This document shows, piece after piece, positions 1-9,955 of a stretch of 64,000 nt of DNA. Each line of letters opens with the position of its first letter. Within the stretch, counting starts at the first letter, position 1. Position numbers and translations under genes: made by a program. This stretch comes from Gaiellaceae bacterium (GTDB lineage Bacteria > Actinomycetota > Thermoleophilia > Gaiellales > Gaiellaceae), in the NCBI GenBank assembly GCA_035713675.1, contig DASSZE010000071.1, forward strand, positions 20,463 to 84,462, in the 5' to 3' direction. A model generated the notes under the pieces. That model had not been told where the DNA came from. It saw nothing but the letters and a program-made list of their open reading frames with translations, and did no database searches.

Positions 1-121
1 CGTCGCCGGCGAGGAGGTCGGGACGATCATCGAGACGGCTGGAAGCGTCGACGGCGAGGCCGCCGACGCCCGGCCCGAGGACCGCGCTGCCAACGGCAGC
101 GCCGGGGAGAAGGAGAACTAG
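1..121 (+). CDS. pyrH: UMP kinase, 3' end (partial; gene starts upstream of window)
   Basis: Frame 2 is open from the window edge to TAG 119-121. The tail ..VAGEEVGTIIETAG.. resembles the conserved C-terminal strand of UMP kinases. It lies directly upstream of frr, as in the conserved pyrH-frr pair. Confidence 0.6.
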   Translation, partial: VAGEEVGTIIETAGSVDGEAADARPEDRAANGSAGEKEN

Positions 122-685
122 ATGGCGACTGCAGAAGAGATGATCAACGGCGCCCGCGACAAGATGGTCAAGTCGGTCGAGCACGCGCGGTCGGAGTTCT
201 CGACGGTCCGCACGGGCCGCGCCTCGGCGTCGCTCCTCGACCGGATCGAGGTCGACTACTACGGGACGCCGACGCCGCTGCGGCAGCTGTCGACGATCAA
301 CGTCCCCGAGCCGCGCATGCTCACGGTGCAGCCGTTCGACCCGAGCTCGATCCGCGCCATCGAGAAGGCGATCCAGGAGTCCGACCTCGGCCTGACGCCG
401 TCGAACGACGGCAAGCTCATCCGCCTGCCGATCCCGCAGCTGACCGAGGAGCGGCGGAAGGAGCTCGTCAAGGTCGTCCGCAACATGGCGGAGGATCACC
501 GCGTCGCCGTGCGCGAGATCCGACGCGACGCCATGCGCCATCTCAAGGAGCTCGTGGACAAGGGCGAGGTCGGCGCCGACGAGGAGCACCGCGCCGAGGG
601 CCGCGTCCAGGAGCTGACCGACGAGCACACGAAGCAGATCGACGAGCTCCTGAAGCACAAGGAAGCTGAGGTGATGGAGGTCTAG
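122..685 (+). CDS. frr: ribosome recycling factor
   Basis: 187-aa ORF with a full-length RRF pattern (..VRTGRASASLLDRIEVDYYG.., ..TPSNDGKLIRLPIPQLTEERRKEL..). The ATG abuts the pyrH stop. Confidence 0.97.
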   Translation: MATAEEMINGARDKMVKSVEHARSEFSTVRTGRASASLLDRIEVDYYGTPTPLRQLSTINVPEPRMLTVQPFDPSSIRAIEKAIQESDLGLTPSNDGKLIRLPIPQLTEERRKELVKVVRNMAEDHRVAVREIRRDAMRHLKELVDKGEVGADEEHRAEGRVQELTDEHTKQIDELLKHKEAEVMEV

Positions 686-1416
686 TGACCTCCCTGCCGG
701 GGACCGACGTCACGCCGGAGGATCAGCTCCCCGAGGTCGCGCACGCGGTCGCGATCATCATGGACGGCAACGGTCGCTGGGCCGCCGAGCGCAAGGTCTC
801 GGTCGCCGAGGGACACCGCGCCGGTTCGCGCGCGCTGCGCCCGGTCGTCGAGTCCGCGATCGACCTCGGCATCGAGTCGCTCGCGGTCTACGCCTTCTCC
901 ACCGAGAACTGGAGCCGGTCGCCCGACGAGGTCGCGGCCCTGATGGAGACCTTCGGCGAGACGATCGACCGCGAGCTCGAGGAGCTCGCGGCACAGGGAG
1001 TCCGGTGCCGCTTCCTCGGCCGCCGCGACCGCGCTCCCGAATGGCTGCGCACGAAGATGGCGGAGCTCGAGGAGGCGACCGCCGGCAAGTCCAAGCTGCA
1101 GCTGTGGATCGCGTTCGACTACGGCGGCCGCGCCGAGCTCGTCGACGCCGCCAGGCACCTGGTCGAGAGCGACGTCGACCCGGAGGACGTCGACGAGGCC
1201 GCGCTCGCGGCCTGTCTCTACGAGCCGGAGATGCCCGATCCCGACCTCGTGATCCGCACCTCGGGCGAGCGCCGCATCTCGAACTTCCTCCTCTGGCAGT
1301 CCGCCTACGCCGAGTACGTCTTCACCGACACGCTCTGGCCCGACTTCGGGCCGGAGGAGCTGCGGGGCGCGATCGAGGAGTACGCACGCCGCCGCCGTAG
1401 ATTCGGCGGACGTTGA
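685..1416 (+). CDS. uppS: undecaprenyl (cis-prenyl) diphosphate synthase
   Basis: Signatures HAVAIIMDGNGRWA and ..IRTSGERRISNFLLWQSAYAE... The GTG start shares 1 nt with the frr stop. Confidence 0.95.
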   Translation: MTSLPGTDVTPEDQLPEVAHAVAIIMDGNGRWAAERKVSVAEGHRAGSRALRPVVESAIDLGIESLAVYAFSTENWSRSPDEVAALMETFGETIDRELEELAAQGVRCRFLGRRDRAPEWLRTKMAELEEATAGKSKLQLWIAFDYGGRAELVDAARHLVESDVDPEDVDEAALAACLYEPEMPDPDLVIRTSGERRISNFLLWQSAYAEYVFTDTLWPDFGPEELRGAIEEYARRRRRFGGR

Positions 1417-2216
1417 GCAATTTCGCCTCCCGGCTCCTGGTCGTGGCAGTCGGCCTGCCGCTCGTGCTCGGCATGCTGTGGCTCGGCGGCTGGTGGCTGT
1501 TCGTGCTCGTCGCCGTCGCGGCGTTCGTCGCCGTGCACGAATACGTCACGACGGCGCGGCCTCTGCGTCCGCTCGCGCCGGCCGTGTACGGAGGCGTGCT
1601 GCTCGCGCTCTTCGGCGCGCAGACAGGTGGGGTCGTCTGGCTGCTCGGCGGCTTCCTCGGGACATTCGTGCTCGCCTTCCTCCTGCACGCGCTCTCGAGC
1701 ACGCGCGCGCCGACCACCGCGGCGATCGGCTCCACGATCCTCGGTGCCGCATGGATCGGGCTCGGCCTCGGCTTCATCCTCATCCTGCGCGGGATGCACA
1801 CCGAAGGACGCCTGATCGCGTTCACCGTCGTCCTGACCGTGTTCGCGGCCGACACCGTCGCCTACCTCGCCGGGCGCTTCGCCGGGCGCCACCGGCTCGC
1901 GCCGCGCCTCTCGCCGAAGAAGACGTGGGAGGGGCTGCTGGCCGGGACCGCCGCGGGCGTGTTCGTCTCGTTCATCGCGCTCTACGACACGCGCAAGCAC
2001 TACCTCAGCGTGTGGCAGGCCGTCGTGCTCGGGTTCGTCGTCGTCACCGCGGCGGTGATCGGCGATCTCTTCGAGTCGGCGCTGAAGCGGGATCTCGAGG
2101 TCAAGGACACCGGCAGCCTCCTCGGTGGGCACGGGGGAGTGCTCGACCGAATCGACGCGCTCCTGTTCGCGGCGCCCGCGGCGTACTTCCTCGTGGTCGG
2201 CTACGGCTTCCACTGA
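1413..2216 (+). CDS. cdsA: phosphatidate cytidylyltransferase
   Basis: Multi-TM 267-aa protein with the C-terminal signature ..SALKRDLEVKDTGSLLGGHGGVLDRID... The TTG start overlaps the uppS stop (TTGA). Confidence 0.9.
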   Translation: MSNFASRLLVVAVGLPLVLGMLWLGGWWLFVLVAVAAFVAVHEYVTTARPLRPLAPAVYGGVLLALFGAQTGGVVWLLGGFLGTFVLAFLLHALSSTRAPTTAAIGSTILGAAWIGLGLGFILILRGMHTEGRLIAFTVVLTVFAADTVAYLAGRFAGRHRLAPRLSPKKTWEGLLAGTAAGVFVSFIALYDTRKHYLSVWQAVVLGFVVVTAAVIGDLFESALKRDLEVKDTGSLLGGHGGVLDRIDALLFAAPAAYFLVVGYGFH

Positions 2217-2243
2217 GGCTGCCGGCCGCCCTACACTGGCCCC

Positions 2244-3305
2244 GTGAAACGCGTCGCGCTGCTCGGGGCCACGGGCTCGATCGGCCGCCAGGCGATCGAG
2301 ATCGTCGAGGCGCATCCCGAGCTCGAGCTCTGTGCCGCGGCTTCCGGCTCGACGCCACTCGACGACGTCGACGCGCCGCTGAAGGAGATCGGCGGCGATC
2401 TGACCGACCTGCTGGAGCGCGCCGAGCCCGACGTCGTCCTCAACGCCGTCGTCGGGTTCGCGGGTGTCCACGCGACGCTGTGGACACTCGAGCACGGCGT
2501 CGACCTCGCGCTCGCGAACAAGGAGAGCCTCGTGGCCGCGGGCGAGCTCGCCCTCGCCGCGCGCGAGCGGGGAGGAGGACGGATCCTGCCGGTCGACAGC
2601 GAGCACTCGGCCTTGTTCCAGTGCCTCGACGGACGCGCGCCGGAGCAGGTCGACACGCTCGTCGTCACCGGCTCGGGCGGGCCGTTCCGCGGCCGCACGC
2701 GCGCCGAGCTCGAGGAGGTGACGCCGGAGCAGGCGCTCGCACATCCGACCTGGCGCATGGGCCCGAAGATCACCGTGGACTCCGCGACGCTCGCGAACAA
2801 GGGGCTCGAGGTGATCGAGGCGCACTATCTGTTCGGCCTGCCGTACGACCGCATCGAGGTTGCGATCCAGCCGACGTCGATCGTCCACTCGCTCGTCCGC
2901 TTCCGCGACGGCGCCGCTCTCGCGCATCTCGGCTACCCGGACATGCGTGTCCCGATCTCGTACGCCCTCACGTATCCCGAGCGCGCCGCGACCCCGCTGC
3001 AGCCGCTCGACCTCACCTCGCTGACCCTCGAGTTCTCGCCGCCGGAAACGGACACGTTCCCGATGCTGCCCCTCGCGCGCGCGGCGGGAGAGAAGGGCGG
3101 CAGCGCGCCGTGCGTCTACAACGCGGCGAACGAGGTCGCCGTCGCCGCCTTCCTCGCCGGCCGGTTGCCCTTCCTCGGCATCCCGGAGGTGGTCGGCGAG
3201 ACGCTCGCCGCCGCCGGCGCCGATCCCGTGCGCGACGTCGAGGACCTGATCGAGGCCGACCGCTCGGCCCGCGCGCTGGCGGAGGGAGCGCTGGCCGCGG
3301 CATGA
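2244..3305 (+). CDS. dxr: 1-deoxy-D-xylulose 5-phosphate reductoisomerase
   Basis: N-terminal LGATGSIGRQ NADPH motif, plus ..LANKESLV.., ..DSEHSALFQC.. and ..HPTWRMGPKITVDSATL... Confidence 0.95.
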   Translation: MKRVALLGATGSIGRQAIEIVEAHPELELCAAASGSTPLDDVDAPLKEIGGDLTDLLERAEPDVVLNAVVGFAGVHATLWTLEHGVDLALANKESLVAAGELALAARERGGGRILPVDSEHSALFQCLDGRAPEQVDTLVVTGSGGPFRGRTRAELEEVTPEQALAHPTWRMGPKITVDSATLANKGLEVIEAHYLFGLPYDRIEVAIQPTSIVHSLVRFRDGAALAHLGYPDMRVPISYALTYPERAATPLQPLDLTSLTLEFSPPETDTFPMLPLARAAGEKGGSAPCVYNAANEVAVAAFLAGRLPFLGIPEVVGETLAAAGADPVRDVEDLIEADRSARALAEGALAAA

Positions 3306-4531
3306 CGTGGCTCGTCGTCATCGGCGGCCTCGTCCTGCTCGTCTTCTTCCACGAGCTCGGCCACTTCACGATGGCGCTCGCCGTGAAGATGCGGCCGCGG
3401 AGCTTCTACATCGGTTTCCCGCCGGCGCTCGTCAAGACTCGCCGCAACGGCATCGAGTACGGGATCGGGATGATCCCGCTCGGCGGCCTGGTTCGGATCC
3501 CGGGCATGCACCGCCCGGCGGCCCGCGACCTGCAGGTGTTCATCGAGCCGGCCGTGCGCGAGCAGCCGAGCCTCGCCGGACCGGTGGGGACCGCCCGCCG
3601 CGCCCTGGAGCTGGAGGACTACGACGCGGCGAGGCGCGCCTATCCCGAGCTCGCCCGTGAGGTCGCCGCCGCTCAGCTCTCGCCGGGCGCGAGGCGCACG
3701 GCCCAGCGTGCGCTGCGCGACCTGGAGGAGGGGACAGCTCCGGACGCGTACTGGCGTGCCCCGACGTCGAAGCGGGTCGCCGTCGTCGCCGCCGGGCCGC
3801 TCGCGAACATCCTCATCGCCTTCCTGATCCTGTTCGTCGTCTTCTCCGTCAGCGGCGGGCCCTCGTCGCGCCCGACGAACGAGGTGGCCGGGATCGTGGC
3901 CGGCTCGCCGGCCGCCGCCGCGCACCTGCAGGTCGGTGATCGCATCGTCGCCGTCGACGGGCGGCCGACCCGCACGTTCGCCACGATCTCCCACCACATC
4001 CGGCAGAGTCGCGGGCGCCCGATCGCCCTCACGGTGGAACGGAACGGACGCCGCCTGACCGTGGGGCCGCGTCCCACCATTTTCCAGCACGGCCGCTGGA
4101 TCTTCGGCTTCGAGCCGACCGTCGGGCTGATCAGGTACACGCCCGGGGAGGCGGCGAGCACCGCCGGCACGGACCTGTGGCACGTGGTCACGGGCACCGG
4201 CACGGGAATCGCGTCGCTCTTCTCGAGCCACGGGCGCGACAACCTCTCGGGCCCGGTCGGGATCGTCCGCGTCTCGCATTCGGAGCTTCAGGTCGGGCTG
4301 ACCTGGTACCTCGAGATCCTCGCCTACGTGAGCATGTCCCTCGCGCTGCTCAACCTCCTGCCGCTGCTGCCGCTCGACGGCGGCCACATCCTCTTCTCGC
4401 TCATCGAGGGAGTCCGCCGCCGCGCTCTCGCGCGCGAGGTCTACGAGCGCGTCTCCGTCGTCGGGATCGCCCTCATCCTGCTCGTGATGGTCATCGCGTT
4501 CTCGAACGACGTCTCCGGGCCGCCGCACTGA
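3302..4531 (+). CDS. rseP: M50 site-2 (RIP) zinc metalloprotease
   Basis: Internal ATG 3302 of the long frame ORF 1478-4531; the upstream part of that ORF is Arg-rich GC artefact. HELGH motif at the N-terminus, a PDZ-like segment (..GSPAAAAHLQVGDRIVAVDG..), and C-terminal ..NLLPLLPLDGGH... ATGA overlap with the dxr stop. Confidence 0.9.
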   Translation: MTWLVVIGGLVLLVFFHELGHFTMALAVKMRPRSFYIGFPPALVKTRRNGIEYGIGMIPLGGLVRIPGMHRPAARDLQVFIEPAVREQPSLAGPVGTARRALELEDYDAARRAYPELAREVAAAQLSPGARRTAQRALRDLEEGTAPDAYWRAPTSKRVAVVAAGPLANILIAFLILFVVFSVSGGPSSRPTNEVAGIVAGSPAAAAHLQVGDRIVAVDGRPTRTFATISHHIRQSRGRPIALTVERNGRRLTVGPRPTIFQHGRWIFGFEPTVGLIRYTPGEAASTAGTDLWHVVTGTGTGIASLFSSHGRDNLSGPVGIVRVSHSELQVGLTWYLEILAYVSMSLALLNLLPLLPLDGGHILFSLIEGVRRRALAREVYERVSVVGIALILLVMVIAFSNDVSGPPH

Positions 4532-4597
4532 CGCGCCTCAGCGTCCCCTGAGGCCCGGGATTGCGCGGGAACCCGCCTGGTTAGACTGAAATCGCGG

Positions 4598-5731
4598 ATG
4601 GCGAGCAAGCGGCAGATCTCGGTCGGCGGAGTCGCGATCGGCGGCGGTGCGCCCGTCGTCGTGCAGTCGATGACGACGACGAAGACGCACGACGTGGAGG
4701 CGACGACCGCGCAGGTGGCGGCGCTCGCGAGCGCCGGCTGCGAGATAGTCCGCGTCGCGGTGCCGAAGACCGAGGACGCGGAGGCACTCTCGAAGATCGT
4801 GCGCTTCTCGCCGGTGCCGATCATCGCCGACATCCACTTCAACGCGAGCCTGGCCCTGAAGGCGATCGAGCAGGGCGTCGCGGCCGTCCGCATCAACCCC
4901 GGCAACATCGGCGGCTCCGACAAGGTCGCCGAGGTCGTGCGCGCCGCGAAGGCGAAGGGCATCCCCATGCGGATCGGCGCGAACTCCGGCTCGCTGCCAA
5001 AGCACCTCGAGGAGCTCGCGCAGGCAGACCAGGCCGAGGCGCTCGTCGAAGCCGCGCTCGAGGAGGTGCGTCTGCTCGAGAGCCTCGACTTCTACGACTT
5101 CAAGATCTCGGTCAAGTCGAGCCACGTGCCGACGATGATCCGCGCCTACCGGCTGCTCTCGGAGAAGGTCGACTACCCGCTCCACCTCGGCGTCACCGAG
5201 GCCGGCACGGTCTTCGCCGGCTCCATCAAGAGCGCCGTCGGGATCGGCACGCTCCTCGCCGAGGGGATCGGCGACACGATCCGCGTCTCACTCTCCTCCG
5301 ACCCGGTCGAGGAGCCCAAGACGGCGTACGAGATCCTCAAGGCGCTCGGGCTGCGCGAGCGCGGGCCGGTGATGATCGCCTGCCCGAGCTGCGGCCGCGA
5401 CAACGTCGGCGTGCACACGCTGGCCGAGGAGGTCGAGGAGCGGCTACAGGCCTATCCGCAGCACTTCGAGGTCGCGGTGCTCGGCTGCGCCGTCAACGGG
5501 CCCGGCGAGTCCGGCGACGCGGACTTCGGGATCGCCGGCGGCCGCGACGTCGGCTTCATCTACGCCCACGGCCGCGTGTTGAAGAAGGTCGGCTCCGACA
5601 TCCTGATCGACGAGCTCTTCCACGAGATCGACCAGTGGATCGCCGACGGGATGCACCGGCCGAAGCGCCTCAAGATGGCCAAGCCGGCCGCGCTGGCGAT
5701 GGCCGAGGCCTCCCTGATCCCGCTCGAATAG
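4598..5731 (+). CDS. ispG: 4-hydroxy-3-methylbut-2-enyl diphosphate synthase
   Basis: 377 aa, GcpE pattern, with Fe-S ligand regions ..ACPSCGR.. and ..GCAVNGPGE... Confidence 0.96.
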   Translation: MASKRQISVGGVAIGGGAPVVVQSMTTTKTHDVEATTAQVAALASAGCEIVRVAVPKTEDAEALSKIVRFSPVPIIADIHFNASLALKAIEQGVAAVRINPGNIGGSDKVAEVVRAAKAKGIPMRIGANSGSLPKHLEELAQADQAEALVEAALEEVRLLESLDFYDFKISVKSSHVPTMIRAYRLLSEKVDYPLHLGVTEAGTVFAGSIKSAVGIGTLLAEGIGDTIRVSLSSDPVEEPKTAYEILKALGLRERGPVMIACPSCGRDNVGVHTLAEEVEERLQAYPQHFEVAVLGCAVNGPGESGDADFGIAGGRDVGFIYAHGRVLKKVGSDILIDELFHEIDQWIADGMHRPKRLKMAKPAALAMAEASLIPLE

Positions 5732-5749
5732 CCTAGGGCGACAACGCTG

Positions 5750-7408
5750 ATGATCGCCCGAGCCTCACAGCTCTTCCTGCCGACCCTGCGCGAGGCGCCC
5801 GCCGACGCGGAAGCGGCCTCGCACCAGCTGCTCGTGCGCGGCGGCTTCATCCGTCAGATCGGCGCGGGGCTCTGGGCACTGCTGCCGCTCGGCTGGCGCG
5901 TCCACATGCGGATCGAGCAGATCATCCGCGAGGAGATCGACGCGATCGGCGGGCAGGAGATGCGCGCGCCGACGCTGACTCCCGCCGAGCTCTGGGAGAC
6001 GACCGGCCGCATCGACGTCCCGATCCTCTTCCACCTCGCCGACGGCGGCGGGCGTCCGTTCGTCCTCTCGTGGACGCACGAGGAGTCGATGGCGTTCCTC
6101 GCGCGGGAGATCCAGTCCTACAAGCAACTGCCGCAGGTCTGGTACCACTTCTCGACGAAGGACCGCGACGAGCCGCGGCCGCGCGGCGGGCTCCTCCGCC
6201 TCCGCGAGTTCATCATGAAGGACTCGTACACCTTCGACGCGGACGTGGCCGGTCTCGACGCGGCCTTCGACAGGCACGAGAAGGCGTACGCCCGGATCTT
6301 CGAGCGCTGCGGGCTCGAGGCCTACCTCGTCGAGGCGGAATCCGGGGTCATGGGCGGCAAGAGCTCCCTCGGGTTCCTCGCACCGACCGGCTCCGGCGAG
6401 AACGAGCTGATGCGCTGCGAGAACGGCGACTACTTCGCCGACGTCGAGGCGGCGCGCGGCACTCCGCGGCCGGCGGAGCTGTCCGAGCCGCTGGACGCGC
6501 CGGAGCGGGTCGAGACGCCGGGCGTCGGCACGATCGAGGGGCTCGCCGAGTTCCTCGGGATAGCGGAGTCCGCCACCTCGAAGGCGCTCCCGGTGATCAC
6601 CGGCGACCGGCTCGTGCTCGCGCTCGTCCGCGGCGACGACCGGCTCAGCCCCGAGAAGCTCGAGACGTTCTTCGAGGCCGCGTTCCGGCCGGCGACCGAC
6701 GAGGAGATCCGCGCGGCGTTCGGCGCCGGCGGCGGCTCGCTCGGGCCGGTCGGCGTCGAGGTCGAGGTGATCGCCGACGAGGCGCTCCGCGAGGGCCAGT
6801 ATGTCGCCGGCGCGAACGAGGACGGATGGCATCTGCGCGGCGTCCAGGCGGGCCGCGACTACGAGGCGACCTTCGCCGACATCCGGCAGGCGGTCGCGGG
6901 CGACGCCTGTCCGGAGTGCGGCGGCACGCTCAGCGTGCAGACGGCAGTCGAGGTCGGGCACATCTTCAAGCTGGGCACGTTCCACTCGGCGGCGTTCGGC
7001 GCGACGTTTCTTGCCGAGGACGGGAGGGAGAAGCCTCTCGTCATGGGCAGCTACGGCATCGGGCTCGCCCGGACGATGGCGGCGATCGTCGAGCAGTCTC
7101 ACGACGAGAACGGAATCGTCTGGCCCAGGGCGGTTGCGCCGTACGACGCGCACGTCGTCGCGCTGGCCGGCGCGGAGGAGATCGCCGAGCAGGCGGCCGA
7201 GGCGCTGTCGGCGGCGGGGCTCGAGGTTCTCCTCGACGACCGCGACCAGCGGCCGGGAGAGAAGTTCGCCGACGCCGACCTCATCGGCTGCCCGATCCGC
7301 GTCACGGCCGGGCGCAAGAGCCTGGAGGACGGCAAGGTGGACGTCCGGAGCCGCGCGAGCGGCGACGAGACACGATTGAATGTTGCCGAACTCGGCAAGG
7401 AGATCTAG
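5750..7408 (+). CDS. proS: prolyl-tRNA synthetase
   Basis: Class II core ..KDRDEPRPRGGLLRLREFIMKDSYTF.., ..GSYGIGLAR.., and an anticodon-binding C-terminus. Confidence 0.96.
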   Translation: MIARASQLFLPTLREAPADAEAASHQLLVRGGFIRQIGAGLWALLPLGWRVHMRIEQIIREEIDAIGGQEMRAPTLTPAELWETTGRIDVPILFHLADGGGRPFVLSWTHEESMAFLAREIQSYKQLPQVWYHFSTKDRDEPRPRGGLLRLREFIMKDSYTFDADVAGLDAAFDRHEKAYARIFERCGLEAYLVEAESGVMGGKSSLGFLAPTGSGENELMRCENGDYFADVEAARGTPRPAELSEPLDAPERVETPGVGTIEGLAEFLGIAESATSKALPVITGDRLVLALVRGDDRLSPEKLETFFEAAFRPATDEEIRAAFGAGGGSLGPVGVEVEVIADEALREGQYVAGANEDGWHLRGVQAGRDYEATFADIRQAVAGDACPECGGTLSVQTAVEVGHIFKLGTFHSAAFGATFLAEDGREKPLVMGSYGIGLARTMAAIVEQSHDENGIVWPRAVAPYDAHVVALAGAEEIAEQAAEALSAAGLEVLLDDRDQRPGEKFADADLIGCPIRVTAGRKSLEDGKVDVRSRASGDETRLNVAELGKEI

Positions 7409-7714
7409 GTGGCCAGACGGCGGCGGTTCAGCGAGGAAGGATTCGGCGAGACCGTGCAGCGCCTCATGGACGAGCAGGGGGTGACGTACCGCCAGCTCGC
7501 TTCACGCACCGGTCTCTCGGCCGGCTATCTCAACCACCTCGTGCACGGAAACCGCCCGGTGCCCTCGAACGATGTCGTCGGCACGCTCGCCGGCGCCCTC
7601 GAGGTCGAGCCGGAGCACTTCCGCGAGTACCGCCTGCGGATGATCACCGAGCGCCTCGAGGCCATGCCGGCCCTCATCGACCGGCTCTACCGACAGCTGA
7701 ACAAGCGCGGCTAG
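7409..7714 (+). CDS. XRE-family helix-turn-helix protein
   Basis: 101 aa. HTH segment ..VTYRQLASRTGLSAGYLNHLVHGNR... The GTG start lies directly after the proS stop. Confidence 0.75.
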   Translation: MARRRRFSEEGFGETVQRLMDEQGVTYRQLASRTGLSAGYLNHLVHGNRPVPSNDVVGTLAGALEVEPEHFREYRLRMITERLEAMPALIDRLYRQLNKRG

Positions 7715-8514
7715 CCCAGCGCGTAACGCAGGAAGAGGTGCGAGCCGTGGCTCCGCACCGAGCGCAGGCGGCCGGCGACCCGCGTCTGCGGCATCAGCTC
7801 GACACCCTCGACGAGGCCGAGCCGGGGGGCTGCGGCGCGGCCCGCGAGGAGGGGAGAGACGGTGAGGAAGAGCTCGTCCACGAGCCCGGATGCGAGCAGC
7901 GAGCCGAACGTCGACGGCCCGGCCTCGGACAGGACCACCGGGCAGTCTCGCGCGCGGAGCACGTCGACCGCCGCAGCCAGGTCGACGGCGTCACCCGGGT
8001 TCACCGCCACGACCTCGGTCGCCTCGGGCACGGCCGCGTGCAGCGCGGGAGCCGCCTCCTCCGTCGTGAGCACGAGCGCGCCGGACTCCAGCAGCGGATG
8101 CGCCGGGTCGAGCGAGGCGCCGGTGGTGACGACGGCGACGAGCGGCTGCTCGGGCCGCCCGCGGCGCGCGCGCAGGTCGAGCAGCGCTTCCGCCGCCGGC
8201 GGGTAGGCGCGGTCGACGCGCCACGTGCCATTCGGCGAGGAGAGCAGCGTGCCGGAGCCGACGACGACCGCATCGGCGCACGCGCGGACGAGCGCGAGGA
8301 CGAACTTGTCCGCGTCACTCTCGTCGCCGATGAGCGCGTGCGACCGGGCGAGCCGCGGCACGGCCACGACCCCGTCGAGCGACTCCACGAAGTTCGCGAC
8401 GACGGAGGGCTCGTCGATGCCGATCGCGCCGCCGTACAGCTCGGCCAGCGCGGCCGGCACGTCCCAGCGCGGGAGGCCCTCCTCCTCGGCCAGGACCTTG
8501 AACGGCTCGATCAC
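7711..8514 (-). CDS. RibD C-terminal-domain / DHFR-like reductase
   Basis: 267 aa counted from GTG 8514, which overlaps the folE stop (GTGA). Pattern ..DGVVAV....DESDADKFVLALVRACADAVVVGSGTL.. and ..LVDELFLTVSPLLAG.. is typical of the pyrimidine/pterin reductase fold. The longer track ORF upstream is folE antisense/out-of-frame. Confidence 0.75.
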   Translation of the reverse strand: MIEPFKVLAEEEGLPRWDVPAALAELYGGAIGIDEPSVVANFVESLDGVVAVPRLARSHALIGDESDADKFVLALVRACADAVVVGSGTLLSSPNGTWRVDRAYPPAAEALLDLRARRGRPEQPLVAVVTTGASLDPAHPLLESGALVLTTEEAAPALHAAVPEATEVVAVNPGDAVDLAAAVDVLRARDCPVVLSEAGPSTFGSLLASGLVDELFLTVSPLLAGRAAAPRLGLVEGVELMPQTRVAGRLRSVRSHGSHLFLRYALG

Positions 8515-9209
8515 CTGGTCAGCGTAAGGAACTCCGAGCGGAGCGACTCGTCCTCGTCGTAGAGGCCGCGCCAGACGGTCGTCACCGTGAGGGAGCCGTC
8601 CTCCTCGACGCCGCGCATCGCCGTGCACATGTGCGCCGCCTCGAGCTTGACCGCGACGCCGCGCGGGCCTGCGAGCTCGACCAGGCCGTCGGCGATCTCC
8701 TCGGCGAGCCGCTCCTGCACGGTGAAGCGCCGCGCGTAGAGCCGCACGAGTCGCGTGAGCTTCGAGATGCCGACGATCTCGTCGCCGGCGACGTAGCCGA
8801 CGTGTGCGCGCCCGTGGAACGGCAGCGCGTGGTGCTCGCAGAGCGCGTAGAAGCCGACCGGCCCCTCGACGATCTGTGCGTGCCGTCCCTCGACGCCCTC
8901 CGGCCGCTCGGCGGGGAACAGCGTCCGCAGCTTCGGATCGCCGTCGTAGCCGGCAGTCGCGTCGAACAGCGCCCGCAGGAAGCGGCGCGGCGTGTCGCGC
9001 GTGCCGGGCGTCTCGAGGTCGAGCCCGAGCGCCTCGAAGATCTCCGCGGCGTTCCGCTCGAGCCGCGCCCACTCGGCCGGCGTGATGTCCCGCGCCGCCT
9101 CGCCCTCATGGGCCGGAAGTTCGAAGACGTTCTCCCGCTCCCGCGCCGGCAAAGCCGGCACCTGCGCTATCTGATGGGCTCCGCCGAGCCTATGCCCATT
9201 GGTACTCAA
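8511..9209 (-). CDS. folE: GTP cyclohydrolase I
   Basis: ..FYALCEHHALPFHGRAHVGY.. and ..ISKLTRLVRLYARRFTVQERL... The proposed TTG start at 9209 is preceded by GGAGGA and overlaps the upstream stop (TTGA). There is no ATG in the homologous part. Confidence 0.9.
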   Translation of the reverse strand: MSTNGHRLGGAHQIAQVPALPARERENVFELPAHEGEAARDITPAEWARLERNAAEIFEALGLDLETPGTRDTPRRFLRALFDATAGYDGDPKLRTLFPAERPEGVEGRHAQIVEGPVGFYALCEHHALPFHGRAHVGYVAGDEIVGISKLTRLVRLYARRFTVQERLAEEIADGLVELAGPRGVAVKLEAAHMCTAMRGVEEDGSLTVTTVWRGLYDEDESLRSEFLTLTR

Positions 9210-9955
9210 GCCGGTTCCTCCTGTCGACTGGGGATGCGTCGGAGCACAAGCGCGAGCGCGATCGCGGCGACCTCCGCGAGCGCGAGCCAGGCGAAGGCGA
9301 GCGGATGGCCGAGCGCGAGGAGCAGGCCGAAGGCCGCGAGCTGCGTCGACATGCCGAGGTTCGCCAGCAGCGAGACCGAGCGCGGGCTCGTCAACGCCGG
9401 CCGTCGCGCGACGAGCGCCTCGGCCAGGCGGTCCTGCGGTGCGTAGACGAGCGCGTACACGTGCCGGAGAAACCCGGTCGGCCGTCCGCCGTCGTCGGGC
9501 TCGGCGGCCGCCCCGCGCGAGAGCCGCTCGGCGTTGAAGTTGAGGCTGAGGACGGACGTGAGCGCGAGGAAGCCCGCGAGGGCGAGCAGCACGCGGCCCG
9601 ACGTCCAGGCAAGCGCCCCGAAGAGGGCCGCGTTCACGAGCAGGTCGACCTCGGAGTCGAGGTAGCGCCCGAAGGCGCTCGTCCGGCCGGTGAACCGCGC
9701 GAGCTGGCCGTCGGCGTTGTCGAGCAGCGTCTTCAGCTGCACGAGGAGCGCCGCGACGAGCAGCCAGCCACGGCCGAGCGCGATCGCCGCGGCGAGCCCC
9801 GCAACGCCGGCGGCTGCGACGACGATCGGCGGCGGCACGCGCAGGCGCGCGAGCACGAGGACGAGCGGGTGCGCGAGCGGCCGGAAGACGTGCTCGCACA
9901 CGAGCTCGGTCCCGCGCCGCGGCTTGCGCGAGCGGGCGAGGGCGCTAGACCGCAA
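9206..9955 (-). CDS. CDP-alcohol phosphatidyltransferase family membrane protein
   Basis: Motif D-x2-DG-x2-AR-x8-G-x3-D-x3-D present as DNADGQLARFTGRTSAFGRYLDSEVD, in a multi-TM protein. Confidence 0.85.
   Translation of the reverse strand: MRSSALARSRKPRRGTELVCEHVFRPLAHPLVLVLARLRVPPPIVVAAAGVAGLAAAIALGRGWLLVAALLVQLKTLLDNADGQLARFTGRTSAFGRYLDSEVDLLVNAALFGALAWTSGRVLLALAGFLALTSVLSLNFNAERLSRGAAAEPDDGGRPTGFLRHVYALVYAPQDRLAEALVARRPALTSPRSVSLLANLGMSTQLAAFGLLLALGHPLAFAWLALAEVAAIALALVLRRIPSRQEEPA

Noticed and set aside
1305-2927. 540-aa minus-strand ORF. Similar long ORFs occur at 3116-4528(-), 5765-7153(-), 9733-10932(-), 12765-14849(-), 25045-27591(-), 55898-57202(-) and 51773-53068(+).
   Set aside because: Their translations are Arg/Ala/Pro/Gly/Asp-rich low-complexity strings with no motifs. 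They lie antisense or out-of-frame to genes with clear family signatures. This is the typical open-frame artefact of high-GC DNA.
4532-4597. Hairpin CCTCAG-cgtccc-CTGAGG after rseP as a terminator.
   Set aside because: The stem is short (6 bp) with no following T-run. The downstream ispG is likely co-transcribed or has its own promoter. The evidence is insufficient.
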